Below are positions 24,655 through 38,371 of a stretch of DNA of 64,000 nucleotides, in pieces (the first letter of the stretch is position 1; each line of letters begins with the position of its first letter). The translations under genes and the position numbers were made by a program. The notes below the pieces were generated by a model. The model was not told where the DNA came from. It saw nothing but the letters and a program-made list of their open reading frames with translations, and did not search any database. Where the stretch lies: the NCBI GenBank assembly GCA_030390025.1, contig CM059433.1, positions 10,046,001 to 10,110,000 on the forward strand, written 5' to 3'. The stretch is from Squalus acanthias. Its lineage: Eukaryota.

Positions 24655-25122
24655 TTTTAGCAAACCCCCAAAGAGTCGACATATGTTGACAAAACCTTGC
24701 TGTGTGTAAATAGCAGCCCAATGCTCGGAGACACGGCATTTTCAAATGCCTGAGTCTATTCATCAAAATCATACCCAGAGCAAGTTAAAAGCCAAAGGAA
24801 TTTCCGAATCTGACCTGACCTGACGCAAACCGGGCCACTGGGGGTCATGGTGGGACCTCCCAAAGAGAGTTAATGCACCTTAATACGGAGGTTGCAGAAC
24901 TGCATGAACCTGCTGACCCGGACGGGGCTTAGCTGCAGTGAAGCACCATTTGGCCGAGCAGCACTTCAGCGAACTTTATTTCCACGCTCCATAAAATCTT
25001 CACTGTCCCACATGGCCCAGGAATTTTGTTTTCAGTGCACTTGCACTTGTTACATACTTGTAGATAATTCTCAGCAACTTTATAATCCCAAAGATGGATC
25101 ACAAACTGCATTGAAATGGCAT
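24655..25122 (-). repeat. 468-bp inverted duplication, right copy
   Basis: Reverse complement of 22897-23364. Confidence 0.97.
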
Positions 25123-25854
25123 CACAATTCACTTTATACATCTTCAGGTCAAACAGCCATTACTGATTCCATATATTGCTTCATAGCCGCTTGTCACTCG
25201 CGAGACTAAAGTTTACTCTGAATTATTTTGGGTCTTGTATACAGAATCGTGAAGGGAAAACAGGATGAGTTGAGTCATGATATTTACTTTACATTGGAAG
25301 AAAATGTTTTCTTTAATTTTCTATTTTGTTATGGAATACTTGTCCTTGTATATTCTGTTTCCTCTACTGAAGCCAAAAGTTCTGTGCTATTTAGTACAAA
25401 GCTATAGATAAAGGAACCAGAATCAGGAACTCTGCATCAGAGTTGTGGAGTGCACTAGCCACATTGACACTTAAAGTCGATCCATTCCTAGTAGACTGTT
25501 TTTCTCCCATTGGCACCATTAAGCTCGAAGTTTCCTGTTTCCTTCAGCTTATTTTAAGTCTTTTGGAAATGAAGGATTAACCCTTGACCAAGATAGTTAT
25601 CTTTGTCTTAGATTTCAGTTTGTTATTTGCTAACACAAACATGTCTGGTTGAAGCCACTCCATCGCGGTTCCAGATGCAAGAAGCTTCTCCTAAACCTGC
25701 AGCTGACGACTGCCCGCGACACCATCAGGGACAGTATTGTCTCACCTGACAGTAGCTGTTGGCATCAGGTTAAAATTATTCAAGAAGCCGATTGCAATCT
25801 TACCACAAAGAGCAAAATCAAAGCCCCTTTTCCCAGACTTGTTTATAAAGTCTA

Positions 25855-26525
25855 GGCCTAAAAATTCAGTTGCTTTGCGCCTCCCGTTAGCGCCCTTAGA
25901 GGGCGCTAACGGGGCGCAAAGCAACTACCGCCCGGGCGCGGTGCCGCCAACTCCTTCCGCGAAATTCAGCGGGAGGTTAGCGGTGGCGGTAACCGTTAGC
26001 GCCCAGCGGTGCTGCGCTGCCGGCGATGATGTCATCGCCGTGCGCAGCGCCCCGCTCGCGCCCTGGCCGCGATCTTCGGTAGCGCCCCCTGACTTACCGC
26101 CGGACGCTATGTCCGACAGGGTCAAGGGGGCCTACCTGCGGCTGGGGCGGCGGCAAATTAAAGGGGAGGAGCCGGGCGGCCATTTTTGTTGCTGGCCGCT
26201 TGCCAGCACCTGCCCCAGTTGCTGTCCCCGGCGCTGCGCTCCGTGAGCCCGGCACTTCTCTTGAGTGCCGGGCTCTTTTGCCGGCACTCCCAATCCCCGG
26301 AGGCCCAGCTGGGCCCCGGGTCGTGCTGCGCTAGGCCCCTCCCCTTTAATAAGGGGAGGAAGGCCTGAGGTGCTGCGACGCGATGTGCCGCACACTATGT
26401 CCCATGAGGGAGGTGGGGCGCTTCCAGCAGCACCCCGCCTCCCTCTTGGGGCGCTACTGGTGAATTTCGGCCGTGGGGGGGCGCTAGTTAGGGCCCCAAA
26501 GAGGGCGTGACCCAATTTTTCCCTC
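25855..26525. mobile_element. GC-rich Harbinger-type MITE
   Basis: Body homologous to 4224-4931; imperfect termini; no clear TSD. Confidence 0.8.
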
Positions 26526-26574
26526 ATGGGGCTTGTCTTTTGACTCGTTAGCCTTATTAAGGAGAACGGTGTTG

Positions 26575-26985
26575 GCTCTCTGGATGGCTCATGGGATAAA
26601 TGCAGTGTGTGGTGTGGTACTCAGTTACACGGATTCAGAAGGTCCCAGGCTCAATCCCTGACCTCTGCAAGGGTAACATATCTCAGCTAGGTCGGTGATG
26701 ACATCTGCTATTGACATCAACATCCTGCTTGGGAGAGAAAAAACTCGCCGGGTTCAAACTTCTGCTTGTTATTCAGTGACCCCCCCCCCTGCTGGGAATT
26801 GCACATATAGACGTCAGCTGAGGGTAGGATCAGGCTCAGCTGTGATGTCCCCAGTGTCAGACTACTGGCTCACATTCACTGCCCAGGCTGATACAAAGAT
26901 TCAGCAGCTTGTACAACATACTAGAGGCCTGTTAGCACCCAGGGAGATGTACCCCAGCACGGGTTACTGGAGAAGAGAAGACAAT
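26575..26985 (+). mobile_element. AmnSINE2-like SINE, near full length
   Basis: tggatggctca...ggtact...cagaaggtcccaggctcaatccc head; tattcagtgacccc...ctgctggg...aggatcaggctcagctgtgatg...gtaccccagca body. Confidence 0.7.
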
Positions 26986-28362
26986 GGGGGGGGAAAAAAG
27001 ATAACTACTGTACTGTGGGGACATGCCTACAATTTCCTGGTAAGTCGTCCCCAGCTGGGATCGTATATCAGGAAACCGAGAGTGCAAAATTCTCTGCGCT
27101 GTCATAAAATTGGCCCTTTTGTGTAAAAGCTCCTCTCCAGGCGTATCATGAAGCAGCGGAAAGGCGCATGTGCAGGACTCCCGATTCATGAAATCACTGA
27201 AGTGACATTCTAATGGGTTGAACCCAGGCCAATGATGCAAAATAAGGGGTGATTCCATGATTCGGCGCTCCCAATGGGGAAGCAATGCTCACGTGAAGTA
27301 TCTTAGGAAATCGCTGATGGAGAATTTATGGGCTGCACGGTTCCCCACTGCGAGTGCTGGTTCATGGAATCACCTCTGTATAGTATTGCATCTCAATAAC
27401 TCAACAGATTTACAATTGAGTTTCTGCCAAAAATTGTTTGTACTCCCGGCCCAGTGGAAAATCTAGCCCAACGACATATATAGGATAACCCCCCACAGAG
27501 TTTGCCACATATTACAAGGCTGCATCGAGGAGCTGAGAGATCATAAGCTGCAAGAGCAAAGCCTATCCCCTGTGATCCAACCCCACGATATATTACTGTC
27601 TTGGAAAGTGTTCCAGGGTGTGTTATTTTTTGCGATATATTAAAAATCTTGTCTGTGCATTCTTCCTGCCTGCTAAACATTTCTTCTCGTTGTAACGTTT
27701 TTGTCACATTTTTTTGTCTCAGCTTTTCTATTATAATTTCCATTGTCCACATTTATAATGGGAACTGCCTATGTAAACTTGTAATTACAATCTCCAGTCA
27801 GCAGTGGCATTGTAATGCCATAGTTTGGAGTATCTCAGTTCCTCAGCCTTCACTGCAAAGAACCACCGATAGCCAAACAACCCCACTTCCTAAATTGCTG
27901 TAACCGTTGCTATTTAGCTATAAATAATAATTTAAATGACAAAAAATGATAATATTGTATTATAAAAATCAAAATAAAGACAGAATGTAGGGTGTTGAAT
28001 TTCCACAGGGCTCTCCTGATCTCTCCTCTAACATTGGCAGAAGGTGAGTGGAGACCCTGGAGTAATGAAGTAAATGGCCATTTTTTTTTGCTGCTTACAC
28101 CAGTTCTCCGGGGTTTCTGCTGCTCGAAATCTCAGGTGTAGGACTTTAAAATGATTTATGATCGATTTATCCTCCACAGTCTAACCCTGCTTCAGTTGAA
28201 GACTATGCTTGGTCGCGATTCCCCACATACAACACAATGGGACCTCAACTAGTAATAGACCAGACTTACATATACCATGCACTTCCTGTCACACCATCGC
28301 CTTTCAGAGGTCACACTTTACTGTATTCTCTGAATCACCGTGAGCAGCGCCATAGAAGATCT

Positions 28363-28830
28363 GAAAGAAAGAAAGACTTACATTTCTATGGCGCCTTTCA
28401 CAACCACCAGACGTCTCAAAGTGCTTTACAGCCAATGAAGTACTTTTGAAGTGGAGTCACTGTTGTAATGTGGGAACCGCGGCAGCCAATTTGTGCACAG
28501 CAAGCTCCCACAAACAGCAATGTGATAATGACCAGATAATCTGTTTTTCTTTGTTATGTTGGTTGAGGGATAAATATTAGCCCAGGACACTGGGGATAAC
28601 TCCCCTGCTCTTCTTCGAAATAGTGCCATAGGATCTTTTACATCCACCTGAGAGAGCAGACGTTTAACGGCTCATCTGAAAGACGGCATCTCTGACAGTG
28701 CAACACTCCCTCAGCACTGCACTGGAGTGTCAGCCTAGCTTTATGTGCTCAAGTCCCTGGAGTGAGACTGTGAACCCACAACCTTCGGACTCAGAGGCAA
28801 GTGTGCTACCCACTGAGCCACAGCTGACAC
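28363..28830 (-). mobile_element. DeuSINE
   Basis: Reverse complement of the family. Confidence 0.9.
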
Positions 28831-29210
28831 CTATCACTCACTCTAGAAGTTATATGCGGACTCTGAATCCTTTCATATCCCCATTCCTCTGGTAATTTAA
28901 TGGACGCAATACCTCATTAAAAAATAAGTCGATTAAAGCCTCCATTAAAACAGCAGACTGAGGAATGTCATGCTAATGTCTGATACTGTAAACAATAACT
29001 TTTCGGCTCTACAAACTTAACATTAATTGCCACTTGAAATTTTGTTTGTTGATTTGTGGTCCTTTTGTTGACTATGGTGCCATTGTTCTAATGGTTTATC
29101 AGAGCTTGCATGTGCTGCAACAGTGCCCGTCACGTATTGCAGCTTGGCTTCAGGATCACCATTAAACCCACCCCATTTCTAGCCACTGCTCATTTTAGAT
29201 TAAAGACAAT

Positions 29211-29796
29211 GGGGGGAAAATTCGGTTGTTAGCGCCCGGGTGCGGCGTCGCTAACACCTCCCGCAAAATGCAGCGGGTGGTTAGCAGCAGCGGTGGTAGC
29301 CGATAGCGCCCCGCGGCACTGCGCCTCCGGGGATGACGCCATCGCCGTGCGCAGCGCTCTGGCCGCAAACTTGGCTCGCGCCCCCTGACCTACCGCCGGA
29401 CGCTATGTCCGACAGGGTCAGGGGGGCGTATTTGCGGCCGGGGCGACGATAATTAAAGGGCAGGTGCCGGGAGGCCATTTTTTGGGGGGGCCGCCTGCCA
29501 GTACCTGCCCCCTCTGGCCTCCTCTTGTGGGATGCCGGCCGCGATCGGTCAGCCCGGCGCTCCTCTTGAGTGCCAGGCTCTTTTGCCGGCACCCCATTCC
29601 CCGGTGGTCCAGCAGGGCCCCGGTGCGCGCTGCGCTAGGCCCCGCCCCTTTAAGCACTTCCAGTAGCACCCCGCTTCCTGCTTGGGGCTCTACCATTGAA
29701 TTTCGGGCGCGGGGGCGCTAACTTTTTCTGGGCGCTAAAAGTAGCGCCCCAGCAACGATATCACACTAAAAGGGTCGCGAGCCAATTTTCCCCCGC
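29211..29796. mobile_element. GC-rich Harbinger-type MITE (internal deletion relative to the 4224 copy)
   Basis: TIR gggggaaaatt/aattttccccc; TSD AAT (29208-29210, 29797-29799). Confidence 0.85.
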
Positions 29797-29865
29797 AATG
29801 TATTTAAAAAAAATATATATAACATATGAGGAAATAATGATAGTTATTCAATATTAGGATTCAGA

Positions 29866-30779
29866 GGGATAGAGTTTCTGCTTGTTTCCACTAGTTTTGT
29901 GCACAGATTCCAGTGCAATCAACCCAACCGGCGCAGAAGATCGGGAAAATTTAAACGTACGTTACGCCCAAAACCACTTACGCTGGTGTTTTCCGATCAC
30001 CTTTTACACTGGTTCAACATTCAATTCGCCCGGATCAGGACCCGCCCACAAAACTGGCCGCGCCCCCGGCCGACCTTGCGAGATCCTATTGGTTGCGCTG
30101 GTTCGAGAAGGCTCTTCAAATTGCGCTCATTTTTTGAGGCGCGCAGGCGCTAATAGGCATAGCTTTTTCTGTATCAAAAAATATTTAATTCACTAAGAAA
30201 TTATTAAATGGTTCAGTACAGTTTTTTTTACGTCATTTTAAATCAGGTGGAGGACTGGACACCCGTATTAAAAATGATTATTTTTGCCGGTGAACCTGTT
30301 TTCAGCTGTATTTAATAAAACTGCAGCAGGTTACCACACTTTTAAATACATCAAGGAATATTTTTTAATAGAAAGAAAAATAATAGAAATGATTACATTC
30401 TATTATGCTGCCCGATTGTGCGGGTTAAAAATCATAGAATCATAGAAATTTACAGCACAGAAGGAGGCCATTCGGCCCAGCTTGTCCGTGCCGGCCGACA
30501 AAGAGCTCTCCAGCCTAATCCCACTTTCCAGCACTTGGTCCGTAGTCCTGTAGGTTACAGCATCCCAAGTGCACATCCAAGTACTTTTTAAATGCGATGA
30601 GGGCCTCTGCCTCCACCACCCTTTCAGGCAGTGAGTTCCAGACCCCCCACCACCCTCTGGGTTCGTGGAGGGTTTTATGTTTGGAATTATGCAAGTGAAC
30701 TTTAGCAGAAACTTGGGCAACTTCAAGCACAAATTGGGTACAATTTCCCAACCGCGCCCAAAAGCAGAAACTCTACCCC
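29866..30779. mobile_element. Harbinger-type MITE containing a CR1 fragment
   Basis: TIR gggatagagtttctgctt/aagcagaaactctacccc; TSD AGA (29863-29865, 30780-30782). Confidence 0.8.
30431..30661 (-). mobile_element. CR1 3' end
   Basis: GVWNSLPERVVEAEALIAFKKYLD in ORF 30515-30751; atcatagaatcatag tail. Confidence 0.9.
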
Positions 30780-31794
30780 AGAAACATTTGTAAAGCGGTC
30801 ACTCAGGCTTTGCTCTCTCAGCTTACGATGCGATCCGAGCAATCTCTCCCAACTGAAACGCGCTACCAGCTATCCATATCAGCTCTGCTGACAAGTGAAA
30901 ACAAAATCATATTGACAAAGGTAACCGTGATTCATCCTGTTACAAAATAGTCCACGAGCACTGACTGACATTTGTTCTGTTGAGAAGCCAAGGTGGAAGA
31001 ACAATGCTAGACAACAGCAAAGGTTATATATAAAAAAGTAAAAAGGATAAGGTACATCAGGAAGTAATGATTAGGTCAATATTAGCTTTTAAAAGCCTGA
31101 AGATTGCAGGAGAAAGAGAAGACTGGAAGATGGAAGGAGTGCCACAGTTTTGAGATAAACTGGTAATTGGCTGACAACATCCTTCTTACTGAAGAAACAT
31201 AAAACCTGCATCATGTCGTTATTTTTTCCTCAGTGGCTCCAGACAATGACACAATAGGAAGTAACCCCTCAGGGGAACTTGTCTTTGAGGTACTATCTCT
31301 CAAATGGCTTTTGCTTCTTTACTTCATCACTTCAGACCATGAGGAAGTGATAAACAAACTTCTGTGATTTACAACAGGAACTCGTAGTGACAGTAACAAC
31401 CTAGGCAGAAAAATTAATTAAGTACAGCATTTTATTTTCTCAATCTCCCATGTGCTGTCAATCAACAGGGAAAAGAAAAGGATTGTTCATTTCATTTGCA
31501 CATGAATCTTCTTTTTTTGTTGTTGCCTTCATTCATTCATGGTCTGTGCCTTTAGGAGTTTTGATTGAGGTTGTTGCTGAGAAAACTGAACAGCTTAAGC
31601 TTCAGTGAGCACAATGTGCACATTTCCAAACATTTTCAATGGTGAGTAGCTGTTCAGTGATCAGAAGTTGCTCACTGCACCTCAAGCACCCTAACAAGTT
31701 AACACGGCGCAAATATTTTTCACTGCCTACGGGTATTCTTGTTATTATTGTACCAAACCACACATGGGAGATGACAGTCTCCCTTTACCACAGC

Positions 31795-32285
31795 CTTGGC
31801 AAATGCAAGATATACTACGGTGACACCGGGGATGAAAGGCTTTAGTTGTGAGAAGGGATTAGAGAAGCGGGCTCGTTTCAATAGAACAGAGAAGATTAAA
31901 GAGGAGAACTGATAGAAGTTTTCAAAATTAATAAACGGTTTTGATAAGGTAAATAGGGACAAACTATTTACACTGCTCAGTGAGTCAGTAACTGAAGGGC
32001 ATAAATTGAAGATTAGTAGCAGTGGCCGAGGTTAGGGGAGGCGTTTTTATGTAAAGGGTTATTAGGACATCGAATGCCCTAACAGAAACAATGGTGAACT
32101 GGAATCCAGAATAGTTTTTAAAAACCAAGTGGCTGTTGGGGGGAAGTGGATAAATATTTGAAAAAGAAAAAAATAACAAAAAGTTTTGGGGGAAGATCAG
32201 AGGAATGGAACGATGTGGACAGCTCTTGCAGAGAGCCAACTCAGGCACAACAAGCTGGATGGCCTCTTTCTGTGCTGTAAAATCC
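31795..32285 (+). mobile_element. Old CR1 3' end
   Basis: Degraded cagagaagattaaagaggagaactgatagaagttttcaaaatt...ggcctctttctgtgctgtaa. Confidence 0.75.
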
Positions 32286-32774
32286 AACGGTCATATATAT
32301 CATGCACATAATTTTAAAATCATAATATGCATTTGATCACAAGAAGGTGCAGAATGAGAAATGGCAAATCAGCTCCACTCCAGCTGCAAGACATGTACAA
32401 TCTGCTCCATCAAGGGCTCTAGCCAGAGCACTTCATCTTCAAAAGGATGGTTTTGGATAAATATTTCCTGATTCCCCGCATTAAAAAAGCAGAATCCCAG
32501 AATAATCGTTCCTCTCGCATCTCCACTGTTGAACCTTGGCCCCCGCTGTTACCCAGACAACGCTGCATTGAACCGAATTGTACTTTGGGGATTGCATGCT
32601 GGTGTGAGAAATGGCAAAATCTCGCTGGTGCAGTTGTGCGCTCTGAGTGGGCTGAGGCATGTTGTTGGGGCAAAGGATAGGATGCGTTGGTCTGTGATTC
32701 ACCCGTGCACTACCTGATGTAGAAATGCTTAATGCTAACCTACGGTGAAGGAAGTGGGAATATTTATCATTCCC

Positions 32775-33822
32775 TGGCACACAGGAAGATGGTTGTGGTG
32801 GTTGAAGGTCAATCATCACAGCCCCAGGACATACGCTGCAGGAGTTCCTCAGGGCAGTGTCCTAAGCCCAACCATCTTCAGTTGCTTCATCAATGACCTT
32901 CCCTCCAACATAAGGTGAGAAATGGGAATGTTTGCTGATGACGGCATAGTGTTCAGTGCCATTCACAACTCCTCAGATAATGAAGCAGTCCATGCCCGCA
33001 AGCAACAAGACCTGGATGACATTCAGGCTTGGGCTGATAAGTGGCAGGTAACATTCGCGCCACACAAGTGCCAGGCAATGACTATCTCCAACAAGCGAGA
33101 GTCTAACCACCTCCCCATGACATTCAACGGCATTACCATCGCCAATCCCCCACCATCAACATCCTGGGGGTCACCATTGACCAGAAACTTAACTGGACCA
33201 GCCATATAAATACTGTGGCAACAAGAGCAGGGCAGAGGCTAGGTATTCTGCGACGAGTGTCTCACCTCCTGACTCCCCAAAGTCTTTCCACCATCTACAA
33301 GGCATAAATAAGGAGTGTGATGGAATACTCTCCACTTGCCTGGATGAGTGCAGCTCCAACAATACTCAAGAAGCTCGACACCATCCAGGACAAAGCAGCC
33401 TGTTTGATTGGCACCCCATCCACCACCTTAAACATTCACTCCCTCCACCACCGGCATACCGTGACTGCAGTGTGTACCATCTACAAGATGCACTGCAGCA
33501 ACTCGCCAAGGCTTCTTCGGCAGCACCTCCCAAACCCGCGACCTCTTCCACCTAGAAGGCGCATGGGAATACCACCACCTTCGAGTTCCCCACCAAGTCA
33601 CACACCATCCTGATTTGGAAGTATATTGCCCGATCCTTCATCGTCGCTGGGTCAAAATCCTGGAACTCCCTCCCTAACAGCACTGTGGGAGTACCTTCAC
33701 CACACGGACTGCAGCGGTTCAAGAAGGCGGCTCACCCCCACCTTCTCAAGGGCAACTAGGGCTGGGCAATAAATGCTGGCCTTGTCAGCGACGCCCACAA
33801 CCCATGAACAAATTTTTAAAAA
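32775..33822 (+). mobile_element. CR1-group LINE (second family), RT C-terminal half to 3' end
   Basis: GVPQGSVL (ggagttcctcagggcagtgtccta), FINDLP, MFADD, WADKWQVTFAPHKCQ, MEYSPLAW; stops and frameshifts. Confidence 0.92.
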
Positions 33823-34120
33823 AGCACCCTTCACCTTGGTAATGACAAACATTTGCCAGTAAAAGCCCCTGAGGCCTTGGAATAATGCCACGGAAGACTA
33901 ACATATGGACGCTTAATGCAATCGGCTTAAATTTTTCCCTCTGCCATTTTGACAGAAACATTGGGCCCGGTGACATGAATCTTGTCATTCATGTGGAAAT
34001 GACTTATGAAGTAATACTGGGCGGCCTGCTGGTGGCGCTGTCCAGGGAGAGTATAAATACTCGGGGTTGATTAAAGCTTTGTTTAACGCTTACACCAAGT
34101 GCCTAGTAGTTTTCTTACGT

Positions 34121-34848
34121 CGCCCGGTATTTACGGGGAGGTGGGGAGGGTGTGGGGGAGGTGGGGAGGGTGTGGGGGAGCGGGGTTGGGGGGTGGCGGG
34201 AGGCGGGGGGAACCCAGCTCTGCCGGGGTCGCGGAGGTCCTGCCGAATTTAATGGCAGGATCTCCTTCTAACTTTTCTTCTGCCGTTTCCCACCCGGCAG
34301 CCGGCCGAACTGGCAGGCCTGACTGGCAATTGGGCGGGAAAACCAACGGCAGCCTGGGGACCCTCGGCAATCGGGAGGGCGGAGGGGAACTAGAGGTCGA
34401 GGCTTGGGAGGTTGGCGATCGTGGCAGATGGAGAGAGAAGCCGCGATCGGCGGAGAGAAGGCTGAAGGCTCCCTTGAGGGGCCGGAGAGAGCACTCCTGC
34501 TCCTCCTGGCCCACATGGAGTACGGTTAAAGGGCACTTACCTTCTCCGCTTTCCATTCACTGCCGGGATTCCCTGAGCCCTGGGAAACTCGCGCAGCGGC
34601 AGTTAAATTTAAATCAGGCTCCCAATTGCACTGCGGGAGCCTGATTTAAATATGTTAATGAGGTGTCCCGCCATTCCAAGATGGGACACTCGCACACCAC
34701 GAAACCCACTGGCGTGAAAATGACAATTGGCGCATACGTGGTGGTTTGGAGATGTGTCCCCCATTTAAAAAATTGTTTAAACACCCCCCCCCCACCCCCG
34801 CAACCCTCTCTTGCCCGTCGAGGGGTGGGGAGGTTTAATGTCGAGGCC
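34121..34848. mobile_element. G-rich Harbinger-type MITE, diverged
   Basis: Shares gccgaatttaatggc with the 22797 fragment; termini only loosely inverted. Confidence 0.5.
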
Positions 34849-34966
34849 ATTAACCGGTTTAAAATAAAAGATTAATGCCTCTTCTAAAACACCAGACAAC
34901 GGAACTCCAGGTGAGCCTGGGAAACACTCACAAGTTACTATTCCCAACGTGATTTCCGGAGCTCAA

Positions 34967-35610
34967 TCATAGAATCGTAGAGCACAGAAGGAGGCCATTC
35001 GGCCAGTCATGTCTGTGCCAGCTCGTTAAAAGAGCTATCCAATTAGTCCCGCTCCCTTGCTCTTTCATAGAAACATAGAAAAATAGGAGCAGGAGTTGGC
35101 CATTTGGCCCTTCGAGCCTGCTCCGCCATTCAATATGATCATGGCTGATCCTCCATCTCAATCCCATATTCCCGCTCTCTCCCCATACCCCTTGACGCCT
35201 TTTGTGTCTAGAAATCTATCTCTCTGCTTCTTAAATGTATTCAGTGACTTGGCCTCCACAGCCTTCTGTGGTAGAGAATTCCACAGGTTCACCACCCTCT
35301 GAGTGAAGAAATTTCTCCTCATCTCAGTCCTAATTGTCCTACCCCGTATCCTGAGACTGTGACCCCTCGTTCTAGACCCCCCAGCCAGGGGAAACATCCT
35401 CCCTGCATCCAGTCTGTCTAGCACTGTCAGAATTTTATACGTTTCCCCATAGCCTTGAAGATTTTTCCTTTTCAACTACCTGTATATCCGATTCCCTTTT
35501 GAAAGTTACTGTTGAATTTGCTTCCACCGCCCCTTTCTGACAGTACCTTCCAGATCATAATAACGTGCTGCGTTAAAAATAAACCTCATCTCCCTTCTTG
35601 TTCTTCTGCA
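34967..35610 (-). mobile_element. Nested CR1s: younger copy 35066-35445 inside an older CR1 3' end
   Basis: Host reads ...cttgctctttc|...|cccatagccttgaag; insert has catagaaacatagaaa tail and RRNFFTQRVVNLWNSLP. Confidence 0.88.
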
Positions 35611-35898
35611 ATGTCTCAATGACTTAAGAAACTCTTATTTCAGCATATACAGTCTGTTGGTCTGTTATATTGATGGTACGATGACTGCAAGAACGCTGAG
35701 CAAACATTTTACTTGATGAATACTCAACAGTTTATTCAGGTGAAAAGTAAACAAACTGGTGTATTTAGTTAAGTGAATTGCAGACAATATTAGCAACAAA
35801 CGCATTTGTGCATTCGTGAGAGATTTCTCTCTCATAGCTATTTTGACAAGTCATTTACCTGTTTAAAAAAATGCTTCTGTTAAAATCCTAAACAAAAG

Positions 35899-36609
35899 GG
35901 GGGGGAAATTCGGTGGCACCCGCTTTGGGACGCTAACTTCACCGGGGTGAAAATGGTTAGCGCCCCTACGCCGTAAATTGAGTGGTAGCGCCCCAAGCAG
36001 GAGGCGTGGCGCTACTGGAAGCGCTCCCCCTCCTTCCTGGGGCGTTCCCATTCAATATCGCGGGGCTACATGCAACAGCGCCACGCGCGTCGGTATTGCA
36101 TGCCTCCCTCCCCTGATTAAAGGGGAGGGGCCTAGCACTGCGCGCACCGGGGCCCTGCTGGACCACCGGGGAGCTGGGTGCCGGGAAAACAGCCCGGTGC
36201 TCGAGAGGAGTGCCGGGCTGAGCGATCGCGGCCGGCACCCAGCATAAAAAAGCGGAAGGGGGTAGGTGCTGGCAGGCGGCCAAGAGAAAGAATGGCCGCC
36301 TGGCACCTGCCCTTTAATTTGCGCGGCCGCAGCCACAAAAGCACCACCCTGACCCTGTCGGACATATCGTCCGGCGGTAGGTCAAGGGGCGCGACCGAAT
36401 TTTGCGGCCGGGGCGCTGCGTGCGGCGATGACGTCATCGCCGGAGGCGCAGCACCGCGGGGCGCTACCGGCTACCGCCACCGCTAACCTCCCGCTGAATT
36501 TCATGGGAGGCGTTAGTGATGCCGCGCCCGTGCGCTGGGGCTTTGCGCCCCGTTAGCGCCCCCCGGGGGCACTTACGAGAGGCGCAAAGCAAACCAATTT
36601 TTACCCCCC
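35899..36609. mobile_element. GC-rich Harbinger-type MITE, opposite orientation to the 4224 copy
   Basis: G-run aaatt / aatttttacccccc termini; TSD AAG (35896-35898, 36610-36612). Confidence 0.85.
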
Positions 36610-38200
36610 AAGAAATTTCATCTGAACACATGAACATGTTTGTCACTGATACCATACAGCATGGTTTTAGCCCAGATGTTTGGACACAATTCATCCCCCA
36701 TCGTCTCATACAGATCCAGTACTTCATTTTTTTTTGTAACAGAAGGTCATGACCTCCAGCAGCAGTTTCAGACACAAGTTTATATTATTAAGATTGTCTT
36801 TACAAATGGCAGCCTCAGGCATCCTGGCTCCATATTTTTTATGCATGAATAATTATTTATTGATGAAGTTTATGTAAACCAGATAAACCATGAGTGATTA
36901 TGAGATTTGAGAGTCCAGATTACCAGGGGCCCACAATCTTTGTTGTCGCCTTCAATAAATGGTCATGAGGGTTCACTTGTATCATTGTTCCAAGTTAGCT
37001 CTGTATCTTGAGTGCTTGCTTTCTTTAGGTCTCAGTGTATGACATCTTTTTTCCTGTTATTTAGATGTTTCTGTGTATTTTCGTATGCATTCCTGTACTG
37101 TATGTTCAACTGCACTTGGATCAACCTAATGAAACCTGATAGGAAACAGGATTTTGGCAGATATAGCTTGGACGTCCCAAGACCAAACTCTAACTCTATC
37201 GGGAAGGATCACGTTTTCCTTCCTGCTCTGCTTAAGGCGAGACACCATCAATAGCTCAGGGCACACTGGAGGGAATATGTTTTTCCTCACCCTCTGAAAA
37301 TGTAAAGCAGAAGTCACTGATTTTTCTGACTACACCAACTGTATGGAGTGATCCTTTCCCCTTGTCCCTGACAGAGTGCAAGTGAGCCCAACAGAGACAA
37401 GTTACCTAAAGGAATTAGCGTTTAGTCATCTCCTCTGATCGAGCATGAATCAGAACCACGAACCGGATGGCTTCAAAGCGAAGGGATCGTGTACCAACCA
37501 CTCCGGCTTAGCAATGGGCCCAGGTTACTGTCTAATCACTAACTAGAGGTGCACTCCTGACCTAACTAATACACAGAGATGTATGCTAAGTCAGGCAGTG
37601 TGTGAAGTACAGGATTCTTGAGGAAAAACCAGAAATGCTTAGACCACCGTCTGGTTGTTTAAAGATCTCTTTCCAGAGAGCAGGATGTTTTCTGCAAGAT
37701 TTTTGCTTCTCCTATCAAAATAGCTCTTACAGTGACAGAGAAATATATAAACATTAGCCACTTAGAGACAGTATTTATTATATGTGGAGGGAATCTGAAT
37801 GTTTACTTTCCTTGAGATTTTGACCTCTTGATTCCTCAGTTACAACAGAAGAAAGTTTGCCTTTGACTGTTGGAGTGCTGAATACCATTTATAGTTAGTC
37901 CATTTGCAACTCAACAATTGCATTACTGTTAGGAACTCATTAAAAACACAGAAAAAATACATATTTCAGGCTATCACAGGTACATAATTCTTAAATGTTG
38001 GATTAGGATTCACTTACATTATAGAAGCATGCTGTACGTCATATTAGACCTGCAGGTATAAAATCTCCATACATGAAATGAGGCTAATAAAGGAGAGCAC
38101 TAACACATAATGAAATAAGTAATCTTTGAATTTACTGGAACATTCAGCTCCATGTAATAAATAGTGTCAGATAGGTGATAATCTACCATGGTCTTTCATG

Positions 38201-38371
38201 ATGCGGAGATGCCGGTGTTGGACTGGGGTGGACAAAAGTGAGAAGTCGCACAACACCAGGTTATAGTCCAACAGCTTTATTTGAAATCACAAGCTTTCGG
38301 AGCGCTCCGAAAGCTTGTGATTTCAAATAAAGCTGTTGGACTATAACCTGGTGTTGTGCGACTTCTCACTT
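38201..38371. mobile_element. Short Penelope-like insertion forming a perfect 136-bp palindrome
   Basis: 13-bp TSD atggtctttcatg (38188-38200, 38372-38384); palindrome 38236-38371; same family as 47492-47637. Confidence 0.9.

Noticed and set aside
22807..25209. Duplicated ORF pair MQNCMNLL... as paralogous genes or long transposon TIRs
   Set aside because: No recognisable protein and no TSD; fully explained by the inversion-duplication.
31233..31290. Possible 56-nt exon (cctcag|...gag|gtact)
   Set aside because: Lies next to what looks like a degraded minus-strand LINE 3' end; weak donor; peptide not recognised.
37551..37601. Short imperfect hairpin
   Set aside because: About 20 pairs with bulges and mismatches; within chance expectation.
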